Shown: piece by piece, positions 25,877-36,126 of the stretch
How positions within the stretch are numbered: position 1 is the first letter of the stretch
How the letters are laid out: each line of letters starts with the position of its first letter
IMG/VR virus record: IMGVR_UViG_3300012346_000513
Coordinates: 1-39,654 of that record
Reading direction: 5' to 3' (one strand)
Length of the DNA: 39,654 bases
Origin: a virus
Taxonomy: Duplodnaviria; Caudoviricetes
Program-made: the position numbers and the translations under genes
The notes under the pieces: model-generated
Told to the model about the DNA's origin: nothing
The model's input: the letters and a program-made list of their open reading frames with translations, nothing else
The model's database searches: none

Positions 25877-28800
25877 ATGGCAAAGGCCCACGTATATTTG
25901 GCACCTGGTGCTAACGTAGAAACAACCGATACATTTGCTAGCTGGATTGATACTACAAACCAACTCGTGTATGATATGGGTACGACCGTACTTACATCGG
26001 TTAACCTAGCACAGCCAAATACGGCTATTGGTGGTTATACGTCTGGTAACTCACACCTTCAAGGTATCTTTTCTGCAAACACCATCGCAGCTACTCAGAG
26101 TCTACGCGGTGGTAGCGTAAGTGCTCCCGCTGACCTTATCATCAGTTCAAACGTTATCTTCAATACTTCTGAATTGATCAGAGTTGATGCTAATACGAAC
26201 AACTTCAACATCAATGCGAATAACGTCACCATCACCAGCAACGTTGCGATCAACAATTCTTCAAAGGTTGTAACTGTTACTGCTGCGAATACTACGATCA
26301 ATGCTGGTGCTCTTTATGTTCGATCAAACACCGAGATCACTGGATCACGTGTAGATATTGATTCGCCTATTCTTGACGTGACGTCAAACACTGTTATGAC
26401 TGCTGCAACCTTCAACGCAAACGTTGATGTGATCACCATTGGCTTCAATGGTTCGGATACACTCAATGTTAACAGCGTAGCAGATTTTAACGCTAACGTC
26501 AACATCGATGGAATCTTTACATCGACTGCAAACGCAACATTCTCAGGTGCTCAGACATCATTCACGAACAATGTGATCATTGGTGTTGATACTGCAGATT
26601 CACTTACGGTTAACGCGCTCCTTGCATCAGATCTTCTTCCAAGTGCTACAACAGTTGACCTTGGTAGCGATGCTCGCCCATACGGCAACGTTCACACCGG
26701 ATTCGTATATGCTGACACCGATGTAGAATCTCTTGGCACTCTCACGATGAGAGGCACTACCGCAAGATCACTTCGTATCTTCGGTACTGACAACACTTAC
26801 AAAGACTTTAACGTAACGTTCAGCAATAACTCGGTATCGAATACTGCTTTGATCGCGAATACATCGGGTATCTTTGGCGGAACGAACGATCTATATTCTC
26901 TTGGTAGTTCATCTGTAAGATGGAAAGACATTAACGTACGTGATGCTGCTGTTTCAAACAGTGCAGTAATCACCGGTGACCTAGCGGTGAATGGTGGCGA
27001 TATCACTACCACTGCAACAACGTTCAATCTACTCGACACTACCGCAACGACAGTCAATGCATTCGGTGCAGCAACTGCGATCACGATTGGTGCTAACACT
27101 GGTACACTCACAATTGATAACCCAACGATCGTATCGTCAAACGTAGCAATCAACGTATTCAACACGGTTGCTACCACGGTCAATGCCTTTGGTGCTGCAA
27201 CTGCTCTTACAATTGGTGCTACGACTGGTATCACCAGCTTGCGTACTCCTGTGATCACCGGTGCTACATCGCTTGACCTTGTTAACACGGGTACGACCAC
27301 ACTCAACTTTGCAGGCGCTGCTGCTACACTCAACATCGGTAACGTATCAGGTGCACAGACGCTTAACCTTGGATCTACTTCCACAGGTGCAAGTACTTAC
27401 AACATTGGTACTGGTGTAACTCCAGCGGCAAACACTAAGACTCTTAACGTTGGTACGGGTGGTGCGGCAAGCTCTATCACTAACGTCAACATCGGTAGTA
27501 ACGCAGGTGGCACGACCACTCTCAACTCAGCTACGGTTGCAGGTGCGGCTTCCACAGTCAACCTTTGGAATGCTTCTCCGGTCGTAACAGTTAACGCATT
27601 TGGTGCGGCTACGTCGATCGTGATGGGTGCTACTACTGGTACGACTAACGTCAGAAACAACCTTGACATCGACGGTACGATCAATACCGACGCCGGCACG
27701 ATCACAACAAGTAACACAACGTTCACTCTTGTCAATACTGTTGCGAACACTGTCAATGCCTTTGGTGTAGCAAATACGATTACGATCGGTGCTACCACGG
27801 GTACGATCAATCTTAGAAACGCGATTGTCAATATCGTTGGTGGTGATATCAGAACTGATGCTACTACCGCAAACGTAATCAACACAACCGCAACAACTGT
27901 TAATGCATTCGGTGCAGCTACCGCAGTTAACCTCGGTGCAACGACCGGTGCACTTACCGTTAACAATCCAACTACGGTATTTGTCGGAAACACCGTATCA
28001 ACATCTAATACTCTTGTCAACGTGTTTAACACCACTGCGACAACAGTAAATGCATTTGGTGCAGCTACTGCGTTGAACCTAGGTGCGGCTACTGGAACAA
28101 CCAACGTTAAAAACAACCTCGATGTCGATGGAACAATTAATGTTGATGGTTCAAGCATCACAACTTCAGCTACAAGCTTTTCTTTGCTTGGCACCAACGC
28201 AACAACTGTGAACGCATTTGGTGCTGCGGCGGTACTCAATCTCGGTGCGGCTAGCGGTACGACCACTGTTAGAACACCAACCCTTACGATTGGTGCTACG
28301 CTTAATGCTGGTTCACAAACATCTATCAACGTGTTTGATACAACTGTTGCAACAGCAAACGTACTCGGCACTGCAACTGCGATTACCCTTGGTGCAACGA
28401 CTGGCACTACGACAATTAGAAACGCAACTGTTGCTCTCAATGGTTCGGCACTTACTACTCCTTCGACCACATATGCGTTGTTTGATAGTAACGTCACCAC
28501 TGCAAACGCATTTGGTGCGGCAACTGTTCTTAACATCGGTGCTGCAGCATCAACGTTCACTCTTGGTAAGAACACTGGAAACACGAGTGTTATTGTCTCG
28601 GCAGGTGGTGCGGGTGGCACAGCTACGGTTGACACTAATGCTACGACCGGCACGTTTAGAATCGCTCCAACGCTTACATCGGGAAGTGTTAATGTTGGTT
28701 CTGCAAATACCGGTAAAGTCGCAGTATTGTTCAATGGTGATGCATCAAGCACCTCAACCGGAGCACTCACTGTCGCCGGTGGTGTTGGTGTAGCAAAGCA

Positions 28801-31800
28801 ACTCTACGTCGGTGGGGCAGCAAACATCACGGGTAATACCAACATCACAGGTAACCTTGTTGTTGATGGATCTGTTACCTTCACTAACTCTGGTAGCGTT
28901 ACTATCACTGTTTCTGAAAGCAACGTCAATGACTTGGTGATCTTCAACACTCTTACGATGGATACCGCAACGGTATCTTCAGAGCTTGTTCCAACTGCAA
29001 ATACAACCTATGATCTAGGTACTACTGCCAATAACTGGAGAACGGTTTACGTAAAAGACGTGATCGCTTCTTCCAACACAACTGCGAATAACGTAATTGG
29101 TAAGTTGATTATTGCAGCAGATGGTGTGAAAGACTCGGTTGTTATTGCGCCTGGTATCAACGGTACGCTTGGAAGAAAGATCACGATTCTTCCACCTACA
29201 ACTGTTTCGGCTGATAGAACCCTTACTCTTGCTGATGGAAATACGATCCTTCAAGCAGGTACGATGGCAACCACTGGAAACCTATCGCAATTTGCTTCGA
29301 CGACGTCTGCACAACTTGCAACACTGATCAGCGATGAGACTGGTTCGGGTGCATTGGTATTCGCAACGAGCCCATCACTTACAACTCCTACGATTGGTAG
29401 TGCTGGTGCTAACTTCTCAGGTGCAACTTCTGGCACAGCAAATCTTCGTGCACCTGCGATTGCTGGAACTGCGACTATCACGCTTCCAAGCACGACCGGT
29501 ACGTTGGCTCTTTCAAGTGAAATTGCAAACGGTACACTTACGATCACCGCAGGAACAGGTATCTCGGGTTCAACCACCTTTGGTGCAAACCAAAGCACTG
29601 CATCAAGTGTTACAATCACTAACACTGATCCGGGTTCGTCTCAGAACATCTTTAAGAACATTGTGGTTGGTGCAAACACAATCACTGCTGCGACAAACAG
29701 TGACACCTTCACGATTGCTGGATCTGGTGGTACGACTGTTACCGCTAACGCCACGACCAAGGTAATCACGATCAACTCAGTTGCAGATGAAACCCTCGCG
29801 ACAGTGACTGGAAGAGGTGCTACGACTGCAACGGCTGTGCAGTTTACCAATTCTACCGCTGCAACGACAACTGACTCTGGTGCGGTTCGTGTTACGGGTG
29901 GTGTCGGTATTCAAGGTGCGCTTCAAGTTGGTGCTGATTCTAAGTTCTACTCGAACTTGGTTGTTGCAGGTAACCTGACGATTGAAGGTACTACGACAAC
30001 TCTGAATACGAATGACCTTATTGTTGAAGATAAGAACATCATTCTCGGTAGTGTTACTACACCGACTGACATCACTGCTGATGGTGGTGGTATCACTCTG
30101 AAAGGTGCTACAGATAAGACCATCATCTGGGATGACCTTAACGATAACTGGACTTCGAGCGAAAACTGGAACGTTGCTTCCGGTAAGACGATCAAGATTA
30201 ACAACGTGACTGTCTTGAGCGCAACCGCTCTTGGATCAGGTGTAACCGGTTCAAGTCTTACTTCGGTTGGAACGATAAACACCGGTGTTTGGAACGCAAC
30301 AGCAATTGCTGGAAACTATGGTGGCACCGGACAAACGTCTTATGCTGTTGGTGATATTCTATATGCTAATGGTACAACAACTCTTGCTAAACTTGCAGGT
30401 GTCGCGACTGGTAACGCCCTCATCTCTGGTGGTGTTGGCACTGCTCCTGCATGGGGTAAGATTGGTCTAACCACTCACGTATCTGGTACGCTTGCTATTG
30501 GAAACGGTGGTACTGGTCAAACGACTGCGATCGCTGCTTATAACGCGCTGTCGCCAATGACTACACTCGGCGACATTGAGTTCAGAGGTGCAAGTAACGC
30601 TGAACGTCTAGCTGGTAACATTACTACAACGAAACAGTTCCTTTCACAGACAGGCACTGGGGCCGCTTCGGCTGCGCCGGTATGGTCGGCAGTGTCTAAG
30701 AGCGATGTTGGTCTAGGTAACGTCGAAAATACTGCGCTTTCAACATGGGCTGGTTCTACTGCCATCACGACTCTTGGAACGATCAGCAGCGGTACTTGGA
30801 GTGCTAGCACGATTGATGTTGCAAGAGGCGGTACTGGACAAACAACATATAGTGATGGTCAATTGCTTATTGGTAACACCGTTGGCAATACACTCACGAA
30901 AGCAACGTTGACTCAGGGTCAAAACATCACCGTTACAAATGGTAATGGCACTATTACGATTGCTGCTGCTAATACTAACCTATCGTGGACGGCTGGAACT
31001 ACTGCTGGCCCAACCGTTAACTCGTCAACTGGTACTGGCGCAGCAATTCCTTCTGCAAGTGGAACTGCATCCGGTGTTGTAACAACTGGTGCACAGACAT
31101 TTGCTGGTGCAAAAACGTTTAGCTCAACGATTACTGGTAGTATCAGTGGAAACGCTAATACTGCAACAGCTCTTGCTACTACAAGAACTATCAGTTTAAT
31201 TGGTGATGCAACCGGTTCTGCTACGTTTAATGGTACGGCTGATGCAAGCATCACTGTAGCGATTGATGGTGCAAATCACACACATACACTTCTAACACCT
31301 CTTGCAGATCAGGTTCCTGAAGATACTACCACGAGAAACACTCTTGGTACTGGTGTGTATACGTTTAATACACATAGCTCAAGTCTAGGTGATAGCACAC
31401 CGGTTGGTTATTGGTCAACTCTTGCATGGGGTAATGGTGCAGGTGGTTCTGCAGAACTCTCAATTGATTGGACTGGCGGTGGAAACAACATCTACTTCAG
31501 AAGTCTTCGTGACACTGTTGATAGTTGGTGGGATTGGAAGGAAATCCTTCATTCTAGCAATTACAATGATTATGCCCCAACTCTCACAGGTACAGGCGCA
31601 ACTGGTTCATGGGGTATCAGCATTACCGGAAACGCTGCAACCGCAACTACGGCAACCAGCGCAACCACTGCTGGATCGGTTACCAATGGTGTATATACAA
31701 CGGGTAACCAAACGATTGCTGGTATCAAAACGTTTAGCAATTACGTTGTGTCTTCTGCTGCGGTTTCAACTGCTTACACTAGCCAAGACACCATTGATGC

Positions 31801-32290
31801 GCCTTTCCATGTTAACGTAACACAGTCAGGAAGTGCTTACGCTTCTGCAGTTAAGATGAGATCAACTGGTGGTGCAAACGTTACGACTGCTTCATTCGGG
31901 GTTCTTCATAACGCTGATAACACTCAGGCTGCATCTATTCACCTGATTCAAGCATCTGATGCAAATAACAGATCATGGACCTTCTCACAAGCAGGTGACT
32001 TTGTTTCACCTGGTGATGTAACTGCATTCTCAGATGAAAGACTCAAGTCGAATATTCGTACAATCGATAGCGCACTTGATAAAGTCACTGCGATGAGAGG
32101 TGTTTACTTCGACAAGGATGGAAGAGCCGGCGTTGGTGTTATTGCACAAGAAGTTGAAGCGGTTATTCCAGAAGTTGTTAACAACAGCGGTGAATACAAG
32201 TCTGTTGCTTATGGTAACCTTGTAGGTGTCCTGATTGAAGCGATTAAAGAACTCAAAGCCGAGATTGAAGAGTTGAAGAACAGCAAATAA
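25877..32290 (+). CDS. Long tail fibre (2137 aa) with a C-terminal intramolecular chaperone (peptidase S74-type)
   Basis: N-terminal TDTF-SW---TN; T/G/A/N-rich repeats; C-terminal SDERLK-NI--I--ALDKV---RGV-F...GVIAQEVE-V-PE-V...V-YGNLV--LIEAIKEL coiled coil. Confidence 0.88.
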   Translation: MAKAHVYLAPGANVETTDTFASWIDTTNQLVYDMGTTVLTSVNLAQPNTAIGGYTSGNSHLQGIFSANTIAATQSLRGGSVSAPADLIISSNVIFNTSELIRVDANTNNFNINANNVTITSNVAINNSSKVVTVTAANTTINAGALYVRSNTEITGSRVDIDSPILDVTSNTVMTAATFNANVDVITIGFNGSDTLNVNSVADFNANVNIDGIFTSTANATFSGAQTSFTNNVIIGVDTADSLTVNALLASDLLPSATTVDLGSDARPYGNVHTGFVYADTDVESLGTLTMRGTTARSLRIFGTDNTYKDFNVTFSNNSVSNTALIANTSGIFGGTNDLYSLGSSSVRWKDINVRDAAVSNSAVITGDLAVNGGDITTTATTFNLLDTTATTVNAFGAATAITIGANTGTLTIDNPTIVSSNVAINVFNTVATTVNAFGAATALTIGATTGITSLRTPVITGATSLDLVNTGTTTLNFAGAAATLNIGNVSGAQTLNLGSTSTGASTYNIGTGVTPAANTKTLNVGTGGAASSITNVNIGSNAGGTTTLNSATVAGAASTVNLWNASPVVTVNAFGAATSIVMGATTGTTNVRNNLDIDGTINTDAGTITTSNTTFTLVNTVANTVNAFGVANTITIGATTGTINLRNAIVNIVGGDIRTDATTANVINTTATTVNAFGAATAVNLGATTGALTVNNPTTVFVGNTVSTSNTLVNVFNTTATTVNAFGAATALNLGAATGTTNVKNNLDVDGTINVDGSSITTSATSFSLLGTNATTVNAFGAAAVLNLGAASGTTTVRTPTLTIGATLNAGSQTSINVFDTTVATANVLGTATAITLGATTGTTTIRNATVALNGSALTTPSTTYALFDSNVTTANAFGAATVLNIGAAASTFTLGKNTGNTSVIVSAGGAGGTATVDTNATTGTFRIAPTLTSGSVNVGSANTGKVAVLFNGDASSTSTGALTVAGGVGVAKQLYVGGAANITGNTNITGNLVVDGSVTFTNSGSVTITVSESNVNDLVIFNTLTMDTATVSSELVPTANTTYDLGTTANNWRTVYVKDVIASSNTTANNVIGKLIIAADGVKDSVVIAPGINGTLGRKITILPPTTVSADRTLTLADGNTILQAGTMATTGNLSQFASTTSAQLATLISDETGSGALVFATSPSLTTPTIGSAGANFSGATSGTANLRAPAIAGTATITLPSTTGTLALSSEIANGTLTITAGTGISGSTTFGANQSTASSVTITNTDPGSSQNIFKNIVVGANTITAATNSDTFTIAGSGGTTVTANATTKVITINSVADETLATVTGRGATTATAVQFTNSTAATTTDSGAVRVTGGVGIQGALQVGADSKFYSNLVVAGNLTIEGTTTTLNTNDLIVEDKNIILGSVTTPTDITADGGGITLKGATDKTIIWDDLNDNWTSSENWNVASGKTIKINNVTVLSATALGSGVTGSSLTSVGTINTGVWNATAIAGNYGGTGQTSYAVGDILYANGTTTLAKLAGVATGNALISGGVGTAPAWGKIGLTTHVSGTLAIGNGGTGQTTAIAAYNALSPMTTLGDIEFRGASNAERLAGNITTTKQFLSQTGTGAASAAPVWSAVSKSDVGLGNVENTALSTWAGSTAITTLGTISSGTWSASTIDVARGGTGQTTYSDGQLLIGNTVGNTLTKATLTQGQNITVTNGNGTITIAAANTNLSWTAGTTAGPTVNSSTGTGAAIPSASGTASGVVTTGAQTFAGAKTFSSTITGSISGNANTATALATTRTISLIGDATGSATFNGTADASITVAIDGANHTHTLLTPLADQVPEDTTTRNTLGTGVYTFNTHSSSLGDSTPVGYWSTLAWGNGAGGSAELSIDWTGGGNNIYFRSLRDTVDSWWDWKEILHSSNYNDYAPTLTGTGATGSWGISITGNAATATTATSATTAGSVTNGVYTTGNQTIAGIKTFSNYVVSSAAVSTAYTSQDTIDAPFHVNVTQSGSAYASAVKMRSTGGANVTTASFGVLHNADNTQAASIHLIQASDANNRSWTFSQAGDFVSPGDVTAFSDERLKSNIRTIDSALDKVTAMRGVYFDKDGRAGVGVIAQEVEAVIPEVVNNSGEYKSVAYGNLVGVLIEAIKELKAEIEELKNSK
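27000..28545 (+). repeat. About 10 degenerate tandem repeats (about 42-53 aa) with core TTVNAFGAATx(I/L)x(I/L)GATTGT
   Basis: Seven VNAFG copies, one ANAFG copy and two degenerate copies (LNFAG, ANVLG) counted in the translation. Confidence 0.85.
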
Positions 32291-32305
32291 GCTGTTCTTC
32301 AACAT

Positions 32306-32313
32306 TATAAATA
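32306..32313 (+). promoter_or_regulatory. T4-type late promoter
   Basis: Exact TATAAATA in the intergenic gap, followed by a GAGGAG RBS and ATG 32338. Confidence 0.85.
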
Positions 32314-32337
32314 GACATAGAATTCGAGGAGTTTTCT

Positions 32338-32670
32338 ATGGCAATTAAGGCAAATCTTATAATCGATCAAGGGTCGGATTTTAGCGCAGACATTGATTTA
32401 GTCGATGCTGATGGCGTAGTTTACAACTTAGCCGGTCACACCGTTGCTGCGCAGATGAGAAAGAACTACGCTTCTTCGAGTGCCTCTACGTTTACTGCTA
32501 CACATAATGGCGCCGGTGGTAAGATTAATCTCAACCTAAGTGCTACTACAACTTCTACAATTGAACCCGGTAGATATCTTTACGACGTAGAGATACGATC
32601 ACCGGGTGCTGTAGTAACTCGTGTAGTTGAAGGTGTAGTAACAGTAACGCCAGGAATAACGAGAATCTAA
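32338..32670 (+). CDS. Small beta-sandwich virion/adaptor protein
   Basis: 110 aa; NL-IDQG-DF, AQMRK-Y-S and PGRY-YDVEI----V-RVVEG-VTVTP pattern, often seen before fibre genes; strong RBS. Confidence 0.7.
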   Translation: MAIKANLIIDQGSDFSADIDLVDADGVVYNLAGHTVAAQMRKNYASSSASTFTATHNGAGGKINLNLSATTTSTIEPGRYLYDVEIRSPGAVVTRVVEGVVTVTPGITRI

Positions 32671-32671
32671 T

Positions 32672-32917
32672 ATGCCAATTAGAGCAACAGTCACACAGTA
32701 TGGTAAGACTACCGCGGCTGTAACTCCTCAGCAATCAATACTAGTATCATCATATCGATCAAATCAAAACACAACAAGCCTAGGCGATTTAACTGATGTC
32801 GACGTTAGTTCTGTAACGGATGGCTCACTTCTTGCATATAATGCTGCAACACAGAAGTGGGAAGCCACGGAGCTTATTGAAAACCCTAGCGTAGAACTCA
32901 ATGGAGGCTTCTTCTAA
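32672..32917 (+). CDS. Small fibre-associated protein
   Basis: 81 aa; L-DLTDVD----DGS-L-YN----KW repeat unit; ends LNGGFF. Confidence 0.7.
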   Translation: MPIRATVTQYGKTTAAVTPQQSILVSSYRSNQNTTSLGDLTDVDVSSVTDGSLLAYNAATQKWEATELIENPSVELNGGFF

Positions 32918-35900
32918 TGTCAATTATTAAGATTAAACGTTCAGGTACTACCACCGTCCCAGCCGGTGGTTTAGGTGCTGGTGAACTTGCATATTCATGG
33001 GCGACAGGGGCGAATAAGCTTTACATCGGTACCGGCTCAGAAACTTCAGGCATCGCTGCAAACATTGATGTTATTGGTGGTAAGTACTTCACCGATATGC
33101 TTGATCATACCTTTGGTGTTCTAACAGCAAATAGCGCGCTCGTTGTTGATGTCAACAAAAAACTCGATGAACTTCTTGTTGACAACATTAGTATCAATGG
33201 AAATACCATTACAACGACTGATACAAATGGAAACCTCATACTTGCTGCAAATGGTACAGGTAACATTAGTGCGTCGAGTAAGCGTATCACTGATGTTGCA
33301 AACCCAGTCAATAACAACGATGCAGTTAACCTTGCAACACTGAACGCTGCAGTATCTGGATCCGGTAACGCGCTCAACATCTCAGGTGATAGTGGTACAG
33401 ACACCATCACATTCTCAAGTGAAACGCTTGTCTTCACCGGTGGCACAGGTCTTACATCTGCAATTACTGCAAACACTGTTACATTCAACCTCGACAACAC
33501 TACTGTAACCACCGGTTCATATGGATCGAGTGCAAACGTTGCAACATTCACAGTTGATGCTCAAGGTCGACTCACTGCTGCTGGTACTACGGCGATCTCG
33601 ATTCCTTCGACACAAATCAGTGACTTCACTGAAGCTGTACAAGACGTTGCTGGTGGTATGGTTTCGACCAACACTGAAAACGGCATTAGCGTCACATACG
33701 ATGATGGTACTGGTAAACTCAACTTTGACGTCAATGACTTTACCATTACTCTTGGTGGCGATCTTTCGGGTAGTGCAACGGTAACGAATCTAGGAAACGT
33801 TACACTCAGCGCAACTATTGCTGCAGACGCTGTCACACTTGGCACAGATACCACTGGTGATTACGTACAATCGATCACTCAAGGCACCGGTGTCTCGGTT
33901 AGTGGTACAACTGGTGAAGGTGCGGTTCCGGTCATTTCGATTGGCCAAGATGTTTCGACTACTGCAAACGTTATTTTTAACAATGGCGAATTCACCGGCA
34001 ATCTTAACGTCGATGGCGACCTGATTGTTACTGGTAATACAATCTCACTTGGTGTGACAAGCCTTAAAGTTTCGGATAACATGATTTATCTGAACAATGG
34101 TATTGAAGCAACTATCACAAACGTTGTCGGCAATGGTACGACTATTGTTTATACTGCTGATAATAACTATACCACTAGCATGGTTGTCACTGTAACTGGT
34201 GTTGATCCAGCTGGTTATAACGTAACTAACCAGACAATTACTGCAGCAAACGGTACAAGTTTCACTATCGCTGGTGCCAACACTGGAACGTATGTTTCCG
34301 GTGGTCTAGCACGTGCAAAGTCCGCGATTAACCCAGACCTCGGTTTCGCAGGTGGTTATAACGACGGTTCATATGCTCACGCTGGTTTCTTCCGTGATGC
34401 AACTGATGGTCGATTCAAAGTCTTTAAGGGTTACACACCTGAACCAGACGCATCGGTGTTCATCGATACCGCTAATAGTTCATTCCAGTTCGCTGATTTG
34501 CAGGCAAACACTTTCTATGGTGCTCTTTCAGGAAACGCGACAACTGCGACCACACTTGAGACGTCTAGAACAATTTCACTCGGTGGTGACTTAACAGGGT
34601 CTGCATCATTCAATGGTTCGGCTGATGTTACGATCACTGCAGCAATTGCTACTGGTACAATCGTTAATGCTGACATCTCTGCTTCGGCAGCGATTGAAGT
34701 AAGTAAACTTGCTGCATCGACAATTTCAGGTGTGGCTCTTGGTGGCACACTTAATACAGTTACATTCAATAACGGTGGCGCGGGTGACGCGTCTGGTACC
34801 ACCTACACCGGTGCTGCTACTCGTACTATCTCTTATAACTCAGTTGGTGCATCACCTCTTGCAGGTTCTACTTCGCTCACCACACTTGGAACGGTTACAG
34901 CTGGTACGTGGAACGCAGGCGTTATTGGTGGCACTTATGGCGGAACTGGTGTTAACAATGGTGCGAGAACTATCACCATTGGTGGTAACGTATCAACCGC
35001 GAACACTTTCACTACTTCAGGTAACTTTGCTCTTACTCTGACTTCAACTGCTGCGACTAACGTAACACTTCCAACAACCGGTACTCTTGCAACTCTTGCC
35101 GGCACTGAAACGTTTACGAACAAGACTCTGACCGCGCCAACGATCAATGGTGGTACGGCAACTGCGCTTACTTCACTCGGTATTCGTTCGACCGGAACTG
35201 GTGCATTTGACCTTACACTTGCGAACTCTGAAAACCTAACCGCCGGTCGTACGCTCACACTCACTGTGAACAACGCAGCTCGCACCATCAGTCTTGCTGG
35301 TAACCTTACACTCGCGAACAACCTGACAACTTCAGGTAACTTTGCGCTTACGCTGACTCAGACCAACACTACTAACGTCACTCTTCCGACGACTGGTACT
35401 CTTGCCACTTTGGCCGGCACCGAAACGTTTACCAACAAGACGTTAACGTCACCGACAATTGGTACATCAATCATCGCAACTGGGACAACGATGGATGTGC
35501 TCAACACTGCATTAACCACTCTTAACTTTGGTGGAAGTGCTGCAGCACTTACTATTGGTGGTGCAACCGGTGCTAGCACGACCACACTCGCAGGCGGTGC
35601 AACAACGACCGGTCTAACCAAGACTGTTAACGTTGGTACTGGCGGTGGCACTGGTTCGACTACCAACGTTAACATCGGTTCTTCAATTGCTGGTACGACC
35701 ACAATTAACTCACCGACATTAGCTGCTACAGCAGTTACTGCAACTACCTTTACGGGTGCGTTGTCTGGTAACGCGTCAACTGCTACTGCTCTACAAAATG
35801 CTAGAACAATTGCGATAAGTGGTGATGTGGCAGGTTCTGCATCCTTTGATGGTACGGGTAACATCGATATCGTCGCGACGATCCAGTCAAACTCGGTCGT

Positions 35901-36120
35901 ACTCGGAACTGATACAACTGGTAACTATGCAGCAGCTGTTGCTGTAACCGCCGGCACTGGTGTGGCAGTCTCTGGCACTGCAGGTGAAGGTACTACTTTC
36001 ACGGTTTCTGGTATCGATGCAAACAATACTGTGAAGGGCGTTGCTAGTTTTGCCCTGAACGAATTCACTGTTTCTGCAGGTGCTGTATCGATTAACATCA
36101 TTGATGGTGGAACTTACTAA
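32917..36120 (+). CDS. Tail fibre protein (1067 aa)
   Basis: N-terminal IKIKRS----P---L--GELAY-----KLYIG; fibre motifs (I--VA-PV---DAVN, TVDAQGRLTAA, TETFTNKTLT); ends IDGGTY. Confidence 0.8.
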   Translation: MSIIKIKRSGTTTVPAGGLGAGELAYSWATGANKLYIGTGSETSGIAANIDVIGGKYFTDMLDHTFGVLTANSALVVDVNKKLDELLVDNISINGNTITTTDTNGNLILAANGTGNISASSKRITDVANPVNNNDAVNLATLNAAVSGSGNALNISGDSGTDTITFSSETLVFTGGTGLTSAITANTVTFNLDNTTVTTGSYGSSANVATFTVDAQGRLTAAGTTAISIPSTQISDFTEAVQDVAGGMVSTNTENGISVTYDDGTGKLNFDVNDFTITLGGDLSGSATVTNLGNVTLSATIAADAVTLGTDTTGDYVQSITQGTGVSVSGTTGEGAVPVISIGQDVSTTANVIFNNGEFTGNLNVDGDLIVTGNTISLGVTSLKVSDNMIYLNNGIEATITNVVGNGTTIVYTADNNYTTSMVVTVTGVDPAGYNVTNQTITAANGTSFTIAGANTGTYVSGGLARAKSAINPDLGFAGGYNDGSYAHAGFFRDATDGRFKVFKGYTPEPDASVFIDTANSSFQFADLQANTFYGALSGNATTATTLETSRTISLGGDLTGSASFNGSADVTITAAIATGTIVNADISASAAIEVSKLAASTISGVALGGTLNTVTFNNGGAGDASGTTYTGAATRTISYNSVGASPLAGSTSLTTLGTVTAGTWNAGVIGGTYGGTGVNNGARTITIGGNVSTANTFTTSGNFALTLTSTAATNVTLPTTGTLATLAGTETFTNKTLTAPTINGGTATALTSLGIRSTGTGAFDLTLANSENLTAGRTLTLTVNNAARTISLAGNLTLANNLTTSGNFALTLTQTNTTNVTLPTTGTLATLAGTETFTNKTLTSPTIGTSIIATGTTMDVLNTALTTLNFGGSAAALTIGGATGASTTTLAGGATTTGLTKTVNVGTGGGTGSTTNVNIGSSIAGTTTINSPTLAATAVTATTFTGALSGNASTATALQNARTIAISGDVAGSASFDGTGNIDIVATIQSNSVVLGTDTTGNYAAAVAVTAGTGVAVSGTAGEGTTFTVSGIDANNTVKGVASFALNEFTVSAGAVSINIIDGGTY
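35011..35460 (+). repeat. 135-nt (45-aa) direct repeat, copies at 35011-35145 and 35326-35460
   Basis: TTSGNFALTLTxTxxTNVTLPTTGTLATLAGTETFTNKTLTxPTI appears twice; 41 of 45 aa are identical, with many synonymous differences. Confidence 0.9.
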
Positions 36121-36126
36121 TAAATA
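36119..36126 (+). promoter_or_regulatory. Probable late promoter variant upstream of the 382-aa fibre gene
   Basis: AATAAATA overlapping the upstream stop, followed by a structured leader and an AGGAG RBS. Confidence 0.55.

Noticed and set aside
27000-28545. Regularly spaced DNA repeats resembling a CRISPR array
   Set aside because: The repeats are degenerate at wobble positions and in frame within a CDS; no cas genes are present.
26797-28770. Long antisense ORFs (195 aa, 457 aa) and many shorter ones opposite the fibre genes
   Set aside because: Shadow ORFs. The Thr/Gly/Ala/Asn-rich sense codons rarely create antisense stops, the products are V/A/P-rich mirrors of the fibre, and I saw no supporting promoter.
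32900-32925. Possible frameshift fusion of the 81-aa and 1067-aa genes at TAATG
   Set aside because: GGC TTC TTC TAA is not an X XXY YYZ heptamer, no downstream stem is evident, and GGAGG provides an RBS. Ordinary translational coupling explains it.
35011-35460. Direct repeat as a DGR template/variable repeat pair
   Set aside because: Differences are mainly synonymous and not adenine-specific, both copies are mid-gene, and there is no reverse transcriptase in the window.
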